Source: Acidobacteriota bacterium (GTDB lineage: Bacteria > Acidobacteriota > UBA6911 > RPQK01 > JADFOI01). Taken from it: a stretch of DNA of 64,000 nucleotides. Location: positions 1,376,001-1,440,000 of the forward strand of contig OY760074.1 in NCBI GenBank assembly GCA_963663035.1. The letters run 5' to 3'. The translations under genes and the position numbers were made by a program. Of the stretch, positions 39,328-49,858 are shown piece after piece (the first letter of the stretch is position 1; every line of letters starts with the position of its first letter). The notes beneath the pieces were generated by a model that saw nothing but the letters and a program-made list of their open reading frames with translations, made no database searches and had not been told where the DNA came from.

Positions 39328-39329
39328 GG

Positions 39330-39642
39330 CTAGCGCTCCTTATCTTCAGCGTGTTGTGATGCTTTGATTTTCCGCAAAACTTCGTCGGTATAGGCTTCTG
39401 CATTCGCTATCGCGTTATCGACGCCAGAGACTTGGGACGGGTTCAGATCGTGCAACACGCCACCAAATGAGCGCATAGCCCGGAAGGCTTCACGGTCAAT
39501 CAATGAAATCTTAAAGAGATCAACTCCCGCCCCTTCAAACTGCTCGACAATATGGCGCAGGGTCCGCGGCTGTATTGCTGGACTCGTCCGCGTAAAGAGC
39601 ACAGAGAAAGGAATAACGCGCTTTAGAAGCTTCGATTGGTTC
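39330..39642 (-). pseudogene. C-terminal fragment of plasmid-type ParA, truncated by IS5
   Basis: LFTRTSPAI.PR...L.DREAFR....GG.L..L....VSGV..A..NA. Confidence 0.7.
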
Positions 39643-40746
39643 AGCGTTGTTGCATGGATCGGGGCGGAGATGGAATTCGCCCTTTCCCAAGCGGTAGCGT
39701 CAGGCGCTGCGTTGGAACACAGGCCGCCCGAGTGCGGTCATTGTGTTCAGAACTTTCTGGCCGACCTGGATCTCCGTGATTTGCCTGGAGAAGCTGCGAG
39801 ATTTGAGCTTGGGGCCGATCGCGCTCTTCCAACGACCGATCTGCGTTTCTATCCGGCTGCGTTGGTTGTACCCTGTGGCCACTTGCCAGGCCATGCGGCC
39901 GTTGCTGCGGATCTGGGCAATATGGCGATCCCGAACGGTTGGATTCCGCGCCGATTGCGGTCGGATCACTGCGTTTTTCGGCGGCGGTATAACCACATCC
40001 AGGGTCTCCCCATACCTCTGCCTCAGCATATCCCGTATAGACGCTCCATCATAGGCGCCGTCAGCCAGAAAGCCCGTGACAGGAGCATCGAGTTGATCCA
40101 GGAGCCCGGGTAAGGCGGTGCTGTCTCCAACCTCATCGTGAGTCAGATCGGCGCAAACAATCGCACCGCTGGCCAGGTCCAGTCCGAGGTGGAGTTTGCG
40201 CCAGCGGCGGCGTATTCCCTTGATTTTATGCTTCTGGGCGAGCCATTCCCCCTCGCCGAAGATCTTGAGGCCGGTACTGTCCACCACCAGATGGACAGCC
40301 ACAGACCCGGCTTGCCTCATCGCCTGAGCGATGTTCAAGCCGTTTGCGCGACGCGACAGTGTGGAGTAATCCGGCACCCGTATATCCAGCCCCATGAGCG
40401 TGCCGATGGAGCCCATAAGTCCCTGCGTTTGCCGCAACGCAAGCCGATACGTCGTGCGCAGCGTCAGGCAGGTCTCGATCGCCAAATCCGAGTGTCTCCA
40501 CTGGCCACCCCGTGACGTGCGCCGCGCCGCGCTCCACACACTTTGCGCCTCCTCACTGACCCAGATCGTCAGATCGCCCCGCTGGCGCAGGCTCTCGTTA
40601 TATTCCGCCCAGTCGATCACCCGATACTGCGCCTTATCGAACTTGTGCCGTCGGGATGCGTTGAACTTATGTGGCATCTAAGTTATCCCCAGTGTTGAAA
40701 AACACCATGATTAGACATCCTTCGGGATGATCCATGCAACAAGGTC
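39643..40746 (-). mobile_element. IS5-family element, copy 2 (inverted, near-identical to copy 1; transposase 39700-40677)
   Basis: Same 1104-bp length and IRs; transposase differs from copy 1 at a few residues. Confidence 0.92.
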
Positions 40747-40888
40747 TGTAATATCGAGGATGCTTACCGCGACCACTTTCTATTCTTCTGAAGCTTCAAG
40801 TTCCGTACTGCGACGGGAGATGAACTGGCGGATTTCATCATTCATTTTCGTGCCCGCCACCGCAACGTGGAGTTGCCCGCCGGCCTTA

Positions 40889-40920
40889 GCATGACTGCAT
40901 GTGTGCATGCAATCATGCTC
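40889..40920. repeat. GCATG-N3 array, 8-bp period (centromere-like), downstream of the par operon
   Basis: gcatgact gcatgtgt gcatgcaa tcatgctc. Confidence 0.55.
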
Positions 40921-40922
40921 CA

Positions 40923-41156
40923 TCAGGAGTGGTGTTCCTTGTAGTACTCCCAGACTTTTAGAAATAAGTGGCTGGAATGGAGATTCCGGGCTGCGGCGTA
41001 GGCCTTAAACTCGCACTTGGCTGCGGGAGGTATTCGCACCTGAAAAGGCACATTCTCCCCTGTCACGGGGCGCAGAAGATTGTCAGGCGTCGCGGCAGGT
41101 ATGGGAGGAGCTCCTTTGGGATTTGGCTTTTGGAGTGCGGCGTTGATTTTGGTCAT
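40923..41156 (-). CDS. ParG-like ribbon-helix-helix partition protein
   Basis: Coupled to parA; disordered N-terminus then VPFQVRIP...EFKAYAA. Confidence 0.65.
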   Translation of the reverse strand: MTKINAALQKPNPKGAPPIPAATPDNLLRPVTGENVPFQVRIPPAAKCEFKAYAAARNLHSSHLFLKVWEYYKEHHS

Positions 41157-41812
41157 TAGGAGGCCTTTCTGTTAGTGATCTTGGTTATGGCGTCGATGAT
41201 GCTCTGTGCGGTGGTGTCGGCACGGCGGTTGAGGGTCTGGTAGTTGGTTTCGGTGGCGGTGCGGCCTGCATCGCTTGCACGCCGGTAGGCGATGCGCTCC
41301 GGTACCTCACCCGCTATCATTTGGTATCCTGCCGCTTTGATGTATTCCTTTGCGTGCTGTATCTCGATCTTGCTGTCGCCAACACGCCAAAGGACAAAGG
41401 CGAGCCGTTCCGGATCTACGCCGTGCTGGTGACTCAGTTCGTGGGCAAGGCCCACTTGCGGGTGAAGATCGTCAACGGCAAGGCCCGTGGGGAGTATCAC
41501 GAAATCGGATGCGCGGGCCATGTCGCGGGTAGCCCTACTGGCATGGGGGGCACCGTCAAAAATAAACAGGTCGAACTTATCCGCAGCGGTCAAAGCGGTG
41601 CTGACACTCGTGAAGGTTTCGGTGTGAATTTCCGGCATGACTTGGTTTGCAGCTCGGCGCTTGAACCAGTGGTAGCTGGTGGCCTGCTGCACATCCATAT
41701 CAGCGATGTTGACGAGCCATCCGTTGTCAGCGAACTCGCGGGCGATCAGGCGGGCGATGCTACTTTTCCCAACACCGCCTTTTTGTGAGACGACGGCTAC
41801 TTTGATTGCCAT
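41156..41812 (-). CDS. parA: ParA family ATPase (short type Ib-like)
   Basis: SQKGGVGKS, ADMDVQQ, FDGAP, ILPTG...DL. Confidence 0.88.
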   Translation of the reverse strand: MAIKVAVVSQKGGVGKSSIARLIAREFADNGWLVNIADMDVQQATSYHWFKRRAANQVMPEIHTETFTSVSTALTAADKFDLFIFDGAPHASRATRDMARASDFVILPTGLAVDDLHPQVGLAHELSHQHGVDPERLAFVLWRVGDSKIEIQHAKEYIKAAGYQMIAGEVPERIAYRRASDAGRTATETNYQTLNRRADTTAQSIIDAITKITNRKAS

Positions 41813-41863
41813 GGATGAAAGGATGAGGTTTGGGCAGAGCCAGTTCGGGCTTTGGGTAGCCTA

Positions 41864-41903
41864 GCATGTTCGCATGCACGCATAGATGCATGATAGCATG
41901 CAC
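41864..41903. repeat. GCATG-N3 array, 8-bp period (centromere/operator-like), upstream of parA
   Basis: gcatgttc gcatgcac gcatagat gcatgata gcatgcac. Confidence 0.6.
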
Positions 41904-42025
41904 GGAGAAAGGGGTCAACGATTGGGATTCGGTGGGTGAGGTGTGTGTCTTTTGAGTAGGATGCTACATGGTTGTAGAGGCAGGGCTGACTAAGCTTATG
42001 AAGATCATCGGCACCTCCTCGATAA

Positions 42026-42301
<276 letters not shown>

Positions 42302-43568
42302 TGACCTGCCCCCACGAACGAGTCCACCCTCTATGCTAGACCCGGGACCATTTGAAGTCCACTCCAAGGGATTGGATCCAGTGCCTGCGACCTAGGTAGT
42401 TTGGCCTCTGGCGCCGGCGGCCGATAGGCCAAGGCGCTGTGAGGCCGGATCTGATTGTAATCCCTCCGCCAGCGTTCTACCAACACCTTGGCTTCCCCCA
42501 GCGTGTCGAAGATCTCCATGTTCAGCAGCTCATCCCGTAGTTTCCCGTTGAAACTCTCAATGTACCCATTCTCCCAGGGGCTGCCCGGCTCGATGTACAA
42601 GGTCCTTACCCCAACAGCCTGCAGCCAGTCCCGGACCGCCTGTGCCGTAAACTCCGATCCGTTATCGGACCGGATAAACTCAGGCACTCCCCGATCAACG
42701 AATAACTCCGCCAGCCGGTCCAACACGTCTTGGTGATTCATCTGCCGTTTCACATCAATGGCGAGGCACTCTCTGGTGTACTCATCCAGGATCGTCAATA
42801 GCCGAAAGGCTCGCCCATCATGGGTCCGTTCATGCACGAAATCATAGCTCCAGACGTGGTTCTTGCGAGCCGCTCGTAACCGAACACAGGAACCGTCATT
42901 AAGCCACAGCCTCCTTCGTTTCGGCTGTCTGGACGGGACTTTCAGCCCTTCTTGTCTCCACAGCCTCTCCATCCGCTTAGGATTCCCCTTCCACCCTTCC
43001 CCATGAAGTATCGCCGTGACCCGCCGGTAGCCATAACGCCCGTATTGCGTAGCCAACTCCACCATCCGGGCCACCAATCGGGCCTCATCATCGGGAATTT
43101 GCCTTTCCCTTCGCTGGGTCGATCGAACCTGTCCCAGCACTTGGCAGGCCCGACGTTCGGAGACTCGCTCTGCTCCTAATCGCTCTCGTACCCACATCAC
43201 CGCTCGTCTCCTGTTCGCCGGGCCTAGAAGTTTCCCGAGGACACTTCCTTCAGGATCTGCTTGTCCAAAGACAGATCCGCCACCAGCTTCTTCAACCGGG
43301 TATTCTCCTTCTCCAACACCTTCAACCTCTTGGCCTGGTCCAACCGGAGCCCTCCGTACTCTTTGCGCCACCGGTAGTAGGTCTGCTCGCTCACCCCCAT
43401 CTGCTTCGACACCTGTCCCACCCTCTGTCCTTGGGCCAGACCCACCTCTGCCTCACGCAGCTTCATGATGATCTGTTCTGCCCTAAACCGCTTCCCTGCC
43501 ATCCTTGCCTCCTTCCTAAACCGGAAATCCTAACATTCAAACTGGACTCGTTTTAGGGGGCAAGGTCA
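42302..43568 (-). mobile_element. IS3-family element (orfA 43224-43502; orfB ~42331-43230 via -1 frameshift)
   Basis: TGACCTGCCCC / GGGGCAAGGTCA ends; [25 protein letters not shown]; GGGAAAC slippery site. Confidence 0.93.
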
Positions 43569-43582
43569 GTGTCGCCTGGATC

Positions 43583-44974
43583 TTGAGGCTATGGACCACA
43601 GAAGGAAGCGCTTTGATGCACTATGGCTGGCTTTTGACCCTGGGGTATGGCTCGCACATCCTGGTGGATACCTTAAACAAAAGCGGAGTGGAACTTTTCT
43701 GGCCTTGCAAAGTGCGCTGTGTGTTTTTTTACAACGAGCACTATCGCATCGCCTCGGCCGGGGGCGGGGACTACTGGTTCATGACGGTTTGTTTGATCTT
43801 GAATCTGGGAATGTACCCGCTGGCCCGGGATGGATTCACGTTCTCTTTGCACCAAGCGTTTGGGGACATCTACTCCGTCTCGATGGATTTTAAACAGTAC
43901 GGCGACCAGAAGCGAATCTGGCTGGATCTGGAAGGCGTGGAGGCGATCTCCAATCAAAAAGTACAGGGCCGCTTTGAGATCCTGGCCGCCATGGACAACG
44001 CCTCGGTCCTGATCGAGCGCGACCGGGTCAAGCAAATTGTGTCGCGAACCAAACCGTTTCAGATCTTTCCCGACCGGGTGCGGATCTGGATCGACCAGGA
44101 GCAGCAGATCACGACCCAGGAGATCGAGATGGCGGGTCGAACCCTGGGGGAGATCCCGCATTATGCGGATGCACAGCGGGTGCTCTTTTACGGCTACCTC
44201 ACTCCGGCTAGGTTCACTCCGGTAAGCGTTTATGAAAATCGCTACAACCCGATTTCCCTTCGACTCGACAAACTCAAGTTCGAGCATGCGGATTACGAAG
44301 ACATTCAGGAACAGGAACTGGAACATGTGGCCATCCGCGAAGGAATCTTGATTGTAAAGATCTATCGGCTGGCGGATGCCACTGAAGAGCCTGCTAGCGG
44401 GCCGACTCTGGGCGTCCCCATCCATCATGTAGAACTTCGGTTTGATCCGACCGATGAAATCCTGTTTGCCGAAGGCGATGTGATCCAGGCAGGACAGGTG
44501 ATTGCTCGCGAGGATATCTCAATCCAGGTGGAAAAGCTGGAGGGAGACTACCGGCGGGACGTGGAGCGACTGAACCAGCAGCTCAGCCAGGTCCAGATCC
44601 AGCTTCTGGCGGCTCGGGAGGACTTGAGGGAAACAGAAAGTGAGAGAGAGGAACTCGAGAGTGAGCTGGGTAGGTTGGAGTTTCAGTCGCTGTTCGCAAG
44701 GGAGTATCTCCGTTTGCAGGATTCTCTGGCTTCGGCAAGCGCTCGAGCTGAGGACGACAGTGAAAAGATCGCGATGCTCGAGCAAAGGCAAAAGCAACAA
44801 AACAAACAGGTTGAGGCCCGGTCGGAACAACTGGCCGAGAGCCTTGCTCTTTTACGAAAAGGTGCGGAAATTGTTGCCAGTTTTAGCGGCGAAGTGTTGC
44901 GAATTGAGCGCAAACCCGAAAACAAGACTGTCGTGTATTCGGTGTTCTATCGGGAACGGGCTGAAAAGCAGTAA
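43583..44974 (+). CDS. YdjM-like membrane metal-dependent hydrolase fused to a long coiled coil; 5' end probably removed by IS3
   Basis: GYGSHILVDTLNKSGVELFWP; E/Q/L-rich heptads in the C-terminus. Confidence 0.65.
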   Translation: MRLWTTEGSALMHYGWLLTLGYGSHILVDTLNKSGVELFWPCKVRCVFFYNEHYRIASAGGGDYWFMTVCLILNLGMYPLARDGFTFSLHQAFGDIYSVSMDFKQYGDQKRIWLDLEGVEAISNQKVQGRFEILAAMDNASVLIERDRVKQIVSRTKPFQIFPDRVRIWIDQEQQITTQEIEMAGRTLGEIPHYADAQRVLFYGYLTPARFTPVSVYENRYNPISLRLDKLKFEHADYEDIQEQELEHVAIREGILIVKIYRLADATEEPASGPTLGVPIHHVELRFDPTDEILFAEGDVIQAGQVIAREDISIQVEKLEGDYRRDVERLNQQLSQVQIQLLAAREDLRETESEREELESELGRLEFQSLFAREYLRLQDSLASASARAEDDSEKIAMLEQRQKQQNKQVEARSEQLAESLALLRKGAEIVASFSGEVLRIERKPENKTVVYSVFYRERAEKQ

Positions 44975-45467
44975 ACACAGGGCTTTGCGGCCTAAGATTT
45001 CCGATTTATGGTGGTTAGAATGGATAGGACTGTTCTTCCTACCAAACTACAAGTGGAGGCACTTACCTGGGAACGAGGTCCTTGGGGAGAATGACGTTTC
45101 GGAGTTGATTCAGTTTATTGGGCTTCTGCACTGCGAAGCCGAAAGACGTGCCGGTTTGGATAAGACGAATCTCCAGCTGTTCTTTAAAATTCCTCCAGTC
45201 CACAGAACCCAGCCTTCCACGATATTAGAGATGATCGTAAGGTATCCCAGGTGGATTGCACGTTGGACTCGATTCGCGCAATCTAGGACCGTCGGGACCT
45301 GCTTCTCACTCGTCAGTGAGTGAGAGTGTTCGCGCGCGGAAATGCGAATATTGGAGCAGGACATTCGCCCCAGGCTCTCGATGCCTTCAATGGACCTGAA
45401 CCGACTGTGTTCAGAATCGGAGGTATTGTAATAGATCCCATTTTCGCTGAATAGCAATTGGGCTGCC

Positions 45468-47156
45468 TTACCTTCCACTGTGCGATAGGTGTCTTAGTTT
45501 GCGCAGTGCAACCGTTTGAATCTGGCGAATTCGCTCGCGGGTAAGGGAGAACCTCTGGCCCACCTCCGTCAGTGTTTGTTCGCTTCCATCCTCGATGCCA
45601 AAGCGCATGCGGATAATCTGCTCCTCTTTAGGTGTTAATGTCTGTAACACCGCCGCCGTCTGATCCTTCAGATGGATATTGATAGCAGCCTCGGCGGGGG
45701 AAACCGCGCCCTGGTCTTCGATAAAATCGCCGAGGTGGCGATCCTCCTTTTCTCCCAGTGGAGTCTCCAGTGAGATCGGTTGCTGAGCGATTCTTAGAAT
45801 CTTGCGCGCCTTGCTCGCAGGAATGTCCATCTTCTGGGCAATCTCTTCGGAAGTGGGCTCTCGACCATACTCGTGAACCAGCGCGTGCGAGGTCCGGATT
45901 AGCTTGTTGATGGCTTCCATCATGTGCAGCGGAATACGAATGGTGCGCGCTTGATCGGCGATGGCTCGTGTGATGGCCTGGCGGATCCACCAGGTGGCAG
46001 AGGTGGAAAACTTGTAACCCCGCTGATACTCGAACTTATCGACGGCCTTCATCAAGCCGATATTTCCCTCTTGGATCAAATCGAGAAATTGCAGTCCCCG
46101 GTTGGTGTATTTTTTGGCAATCGAGACCACCAAACGAAGGTTGGCTTCCACCAGCACCTTCTTGGCGATCTCCGCTTCCAACTCACCTTGCTTAATGGCA
46201 GCCAAGGTTCGTTTGAGCTCGGCCGGTGAGGTCAACACTTCGTCTTCGATTTCCTTCATCTCTTTGTCAATGGTCCGCAGGCTCAATTTCACTTTCTTGG
46301 CCTGATCGAGCTTCAGGGGGGAGCTCTGCAACTTCTTGAGTTTCTCGGATTCTCTCTCTAGTCTGACGATTCGATCAACCGTGCTCTTGATCACATTCAC
46401 AAGTTCCCCGTAAATACCGGAAGTGGGCTCCAGATCACAGATGATGCGGGCTATTGGGATACGATAGCGAGCCAGTTGGGAAAGCAGCCTCTTGTATGTC
46501 TTGCCGGGTTTCTTGGACCTACGCAGTCGTTTTCTTACTTTCGCGGCCTCCGCTTCCAATGCAGCGATTTCATCGATACGATTTAGAAGCCACCTGCGCC
46601 GCTTTTCGAGGATCTCATCGGTTGACTCCTTCTCATTAAAGTTCATCAGGTGCTTGATATTCAGCTCGTTCTTCCTGAGCTTTTCGCCAAACTTTAAGAT
46701 CTCTCCGACCACCACTGGCGAACGGCACAGCGCTTCAATGACACTCTTTTGGCCTTTTTCAATTCTCTTGGCAATCTCGACTTCTCCCTGTCGAGCCAAA
46801 AGAGGCACAGTACCCATTTCTCTCAAATACATCCGGACAGGATCATTGGTTTTCTCCAAGCTTTCAGCGGTAGGATCGGCCTCCTGATCCTTGTCCTCTT
46901 CTGCAGCTTTGGACCGGACGTTTCGTTTGACAGCCTTTAATTGCTGCTCAGAACCAATGACTTCAATCCCGTCATTGCCAAAGAGGTCAAAAATGCTGTC
47001 TAGGTCTCTTGAAGAGTCGATGTGATCTGGAAGGGCGTCGTTAATCTCATCGTAGAGAAGATAACCTCTCTCCTTCCCCAGGCTAATTAGCTCTTTGACG
47101 CCACTATATTCTTCTTTGATACTTTCCAATTTGTCGTTAATTCTAGCCCTCCTCAA
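45468..47156 (-). CDS. rpoD: RpoD-like sigma-70 factor (divergent, probable paralog)
   Basis: Region 1.1 [60 protein letters not shown]. Confidence 0.88.
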   Translation of the reverse strand: MRRARINDKLESIKEEYSGVKELISLGKERGYLLYDEINDALPDHIDSSRDLDSIFDLFGNDGIEVIGSEQQLKAVKRNVRSKAAEEDKDQEADPTAESLEKTNDPVRMYLREMGTVPLLARQGEVEIAKRIEKGQKSVIEALCRSPVVVGEILKFGEKLRKNELNIKHLMNFNEKESTDEILEKRRRWLLNRIDEIAALEAEAAKVRKRLRRSKKPGKTYKRLLSQLARYRIPIARIICDLEPTSGIYGELVNVIKSTVDRIVRLERESEKLKKLQSSPLKLDQAKKVKLSLRTIDKEMKEIEDEVLTSPAELKRTLAAIKQGELEAEIAKKVLVEANLRLVVSIAKKYTNRGLQFLDLIQEGNIGLMKAVDKFEYQRGYKFSTSATWWIRQAITRAIADQARTIRIPLHMMEAINKLIRTSHALVHEYGREPTSEEIAQKMDIPASKARKILRIAQQPISLETPLGEKEDRHLGDFIEDQGAVSPAEAAINIHLKDQTAAVLQTLTPKEEQIIRMRFGIEDGSEQTLTEVGQRFSLTRERIRQIQTVALRKLRHLSHSGR

Positions 47157-47218
47157 AAGAGTCAGCTCTTCGTGAATCTGCCCAAGGGGGACAGATACGT
47201 ATGTGAACCGTAAGCGGC

Positions 47219-47746
47219 TCAGGCCGGTTTAGGAGAAGTGCCATCTGAAGGCTTAGCCCGGCACCGGCTTGGCGATGGATTGTCGCTGTTCCAGATGATA
47301 TTCCAATAGATCTTCCAGGAACCATCAGACTGTCTCTGCCAGATGTCAACAAACTTACCCAGATCCTGCATCTGTTCGCCACCCGCTATGGGGCTAACAG
47401 TCATCGCGAAGTTGCCTCGGCGAAAAGCCCAGTCACCTGTAACAACAACGTCTTGAGCGGAGATGTTAAAGTCCACCATCGTGAACTGATCAAAGAAGGA
47501 CTGCATCCAGGTCTGAATACCCTCGCTGCCTTTGGATACTGGCTCGTTAGGAGACATTAATACCGCATCTGCTGCATACAAGGACACGAGTTCTTCCGTG
47601 TCGTTTGCTCTGGCTGCGGCAACAAATTCCTCACTTGCCTTATTGATGTTCCCTATGTCGGCTTCGGTTGTGGCTGTCTCCTCCACAACGGACGGTGTGC
47701 AGGAAGCAAAAAAAAGTAGGAAAAGTAAAGTTAGGTGGGATCTCAT
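47219..47746 (-). CDS. DUF4440/SnoaL-like lipoprotein
   Basis: Lipobox [28 protein letters not shown]. Confidence 0.85.
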   Translation of the reverse strand: MRSHLTLLFLLFFASCTPSVVEETATTEADIGNINKASEEFVAAARANDTEELVSLYAADAVLMSPNEPVSKGSEGIQTWMQSFFDQFTMVDFNISAQDVVVTGDWAFRRGNFAMTVSPIAGGEQMQDLGKFVDIWQRQSDGSWKIYWNIIWNSDNPSPSRCRAKPSDGTSPKPA

Positions 47747-47827
47747 GGGGTGACTCCTTTGGGTATTCCCCCGTTCAGTCTAAGCCAGCACTACCTTGCA
47801 AAAACATCAAAACTTCATTACTAGGAT

Positions 47828-48148
47828 TCATTGATTTTCGTGTAAATAAATGGTCACTCTTCTAGACGCGTAGGCTCGGATTCCCCACCGGTCCATTTCC
47901 AGGATGGCGCATACCCAGTGCAAACTTCCGGGATGAGTATCATCGGAAAAGAACCACTTCAACGCATCTCGTTGCCACATCTTCGGCTCACGACTGGAAA
48001 GCACTAGATCGAGAAAAGCCCGACGAAGAATACCCAGAGCCAATCGTCTCACTGCGGCATCTGATTTCTCTGTCTCAGGATATAACCCTTCACTTGCAGG
48101 CACGAGCACTGTCATACTGTTATTCCTTGGGTGAACCTTACTGCCCAT
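47828..48148 (-). CDS. Hypothetical protein
   Basis: RRLALGILRRAFLDL...A.KWF.S....GS..WVC.IL.MD helical pattern. Confidence 0.6.
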   Translation of the reverse strand: MGSKVHPRNNSMTVLVPASEGLYPETEKSDAAVRRLALGILRRAFLDLVLSSREPKMWQRDALKWFFSDDTHPGSLHWVCAILEMDRWGIRAYASRRVTIYLHENQ

Positions 48149-48202
48149 AAAGTTTCAGCCCCACACTTCTGAGATTTGCCCTGGGTCGGATGAGAGGCGC
48201 CG

Positions 48203-48289
48203 CTACTGCACACTTTTCTCAAGGGACTTGATGGCCAAGTCTTTCTCATCCTCCGTCCATCGGTTTTTGTTTTCGATTACAGTGAACAT
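48203..48289 (-). CDS. 28-aa small ORF MFTVIENKNRWTEDEKDLAIKSLEKSVQ
   Basis: AAGGGG RBS; synonymous-type differences relative to the degenerate copy at ~59998-60082. Confidence 0.45.
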   Translation of the reverse strand: MFTVIENKNRWTEDEKDLAIKSLEKSVQ

Positions 48290-48371
48290 TGTGCTGTGTT
48301 CCCCTTACCCGCGAGCCACAACATGGTCGGGGTTAACTAAATTCTCACCAATGTACATTACGGCGAGCGCC

Positions 48372-48419
48372 TTTAAAAATAGAAAATTAAGTATAGATCT
48401 ATAGGTATTTTATATGTAT
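48372..48419 (-). promoter_or_regulatory. Putative NhaR (LysR) operator, copy 1
   Basis: TTTAAAAATAGAAAATTAAGTATAGATCTATAGGTATTTTATAT. Confidence 0.65.
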
Positions 48420-48433
48420 CATGGGGGGGGGGC

Positions 48434-48652
48434 ATGAAGTGGCTAAATTACCGTCACCTGCTCTATTTTTGGACCGTGGCAAGAGAAGGTATGATCACGG
48501 CCGCCTGCGAGAGGCTGCGTCTGGCCCAGCCGGCCATCTCCGCGCAGCTAAAGAAGCTCGACGAATCCCTTGGCCACAAGCTATTCAGGCGTGTGGGTAG
48601 CACAACCTGGCTCTGACCGAAACGGTTCGCGTGGTGTTCCGGTACGCAAACG
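48434..48652 (+). pseudogene. nhaR: Truncated, frameshifted nhaR copy
   Basis: MKWLNYRHLLYFWTVAREG... nearly identical to the intact copy; breaks after ~55 codons. Confidence 0.85.
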
Positions 48653-49133
48653 TATCACTCTAACGAGAAGCCAGCCTTACCTGTTCAACGTCAACCACTT
48701 TTTCCCATGCCTCCGTGGTCAATTTATTCGACGACCCGGTGACGGGAGACGCCTTGACGGACCATTGAAGTCCCCTCCCAAGTTGAAATGCCTTTCTTTC
48801 TAAATGAACAAGCTCCAACTGGTTTAAGGCTATGGGAATGGCCAATGTTGAAGGTGTTGAATAGTGGCGCAAGCTTGGTCAGAAAGTCCAATGCGTTAGG
48901 CGTGAGACGCAGGTCGTTTCTCTGTATGATGGTGCGCACTTGGATGTAGTCTAAGGTTCCATTTAAGCCAGCCTCGCCGTGCAGTTTGTGACATGACTCT
49001 CATGCTGGATCGGAGGATGAAACGGCAGGGGCTGAGGAGGGTTAATCCGCTGCACCGGATTTCAAGGTCAGGGATTACCAACAGAGGGGTCGGCGTCCGG
49101 CAGGAGCCCTTCGATTATTGGCCCTGTCTGCTA

Positions 49134-49181
49134 ATACATGTAAGAACTCTATAGATCTATCCTGTATTTTCTATTTTTCAA
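49134..49181 (+). promoter_or_regulatory. Putative NhaR operator, copy 2
   Basis: ATACATGTAAGAACTCTATAGATCTATCCTGTATTTTCTATTTTTCAA matches copies 1 and 3. Confidence 0.65.
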
Positions 49182-49271
49182 CACCGTCCAAGCATTATAT
49201 ATTATAAAGAAGGCGGTAACGTCAGGCCCATAAATACTCTTACAGTTTTCCTAAGAACATGGGAAAGGGTG

Positions 49272-49469
49272 ATGCCCAAAAGAAAAAAGCGCCAGACAGA
49301 GCCTCAGACGGATCTGCTTACAAAGCACCAGAAAACGAACAGAAAGGTCTCATCAACCGGAGGACAACGAGAGTTGCCCTGCCGAAGCTGCAACCTCATG
49401 GTGCCAACCTGGCGCAAAAATTGTATCCATTGTGGCGGTCCCTTGGCCACGCATTCGGCCGCATCTTGA
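49272..49469 (+). CDS. Basic zinc-ribbon microprotein
   Basis: CRSC...CIHCG; purine-rich RBS; downstream of operator copy 2. Confidence 0.5.
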   Translation: MPKRKKRQTEPQTDLLTKHQKTNRKVSSTGGQRELPCRSCNLMVPTWRKNCIHCGGPLATHSAAS

Positions 49470-49510
49470 TGACGAACATGAGGTTGTCTGACACCTCTAA
49501 TGAGTTCTAG

Positions 49511-49858
49511 CCCGGATTATGCATAAACTTTAATATTTCTCCCATTTTTTGTGGCAACCGGAGGGTCATCTTTGGAATTGGCACTGGATGGCGTGTTGGG
49601 ATGAGCAGAGTGAGGCATCAGGGGGAAAACAGGTTGATTTTGGAGACACTTCAACTGAGGTGCTCTTGAAACCCGACTGGGGGAAGCAGGACCAAAGGTC
49701 AGGTGGGACACAGTCGCTGCATCAGAAGCGAGAAGAACTCCTGCTGGGGATCAGATAAGAAGAAGCCAAATGAATCCAAATTCGGCGTGAGCTCTGCTGG
49801 ACTCGAGCCCCGATTTCAAAGAGCCTCCGACGCAGGGTCTCCACTTCCAGGGGGTGCC
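49511..49858 (-). mobile_element. IS1380 remnant (one terminal IR plus degenerate transposase C-terminus)
   Basis: CTAG-CCCGGATTATGCATAA; LEVETLRRRLFEIGARV...RRIWIHLASSY...LMQRLCPT* mirrors the end of the 19547 transposase. Confidence 0.8.

Larger units (their letters stand above)
48135..48652. repeat. ~510-bp inverted duplicate of ~59640-60150 (nhaR 5' part plus divergent leader)
   Basis: Long near-identical blocks visible on reverse complementing. Confidence 0.9.
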
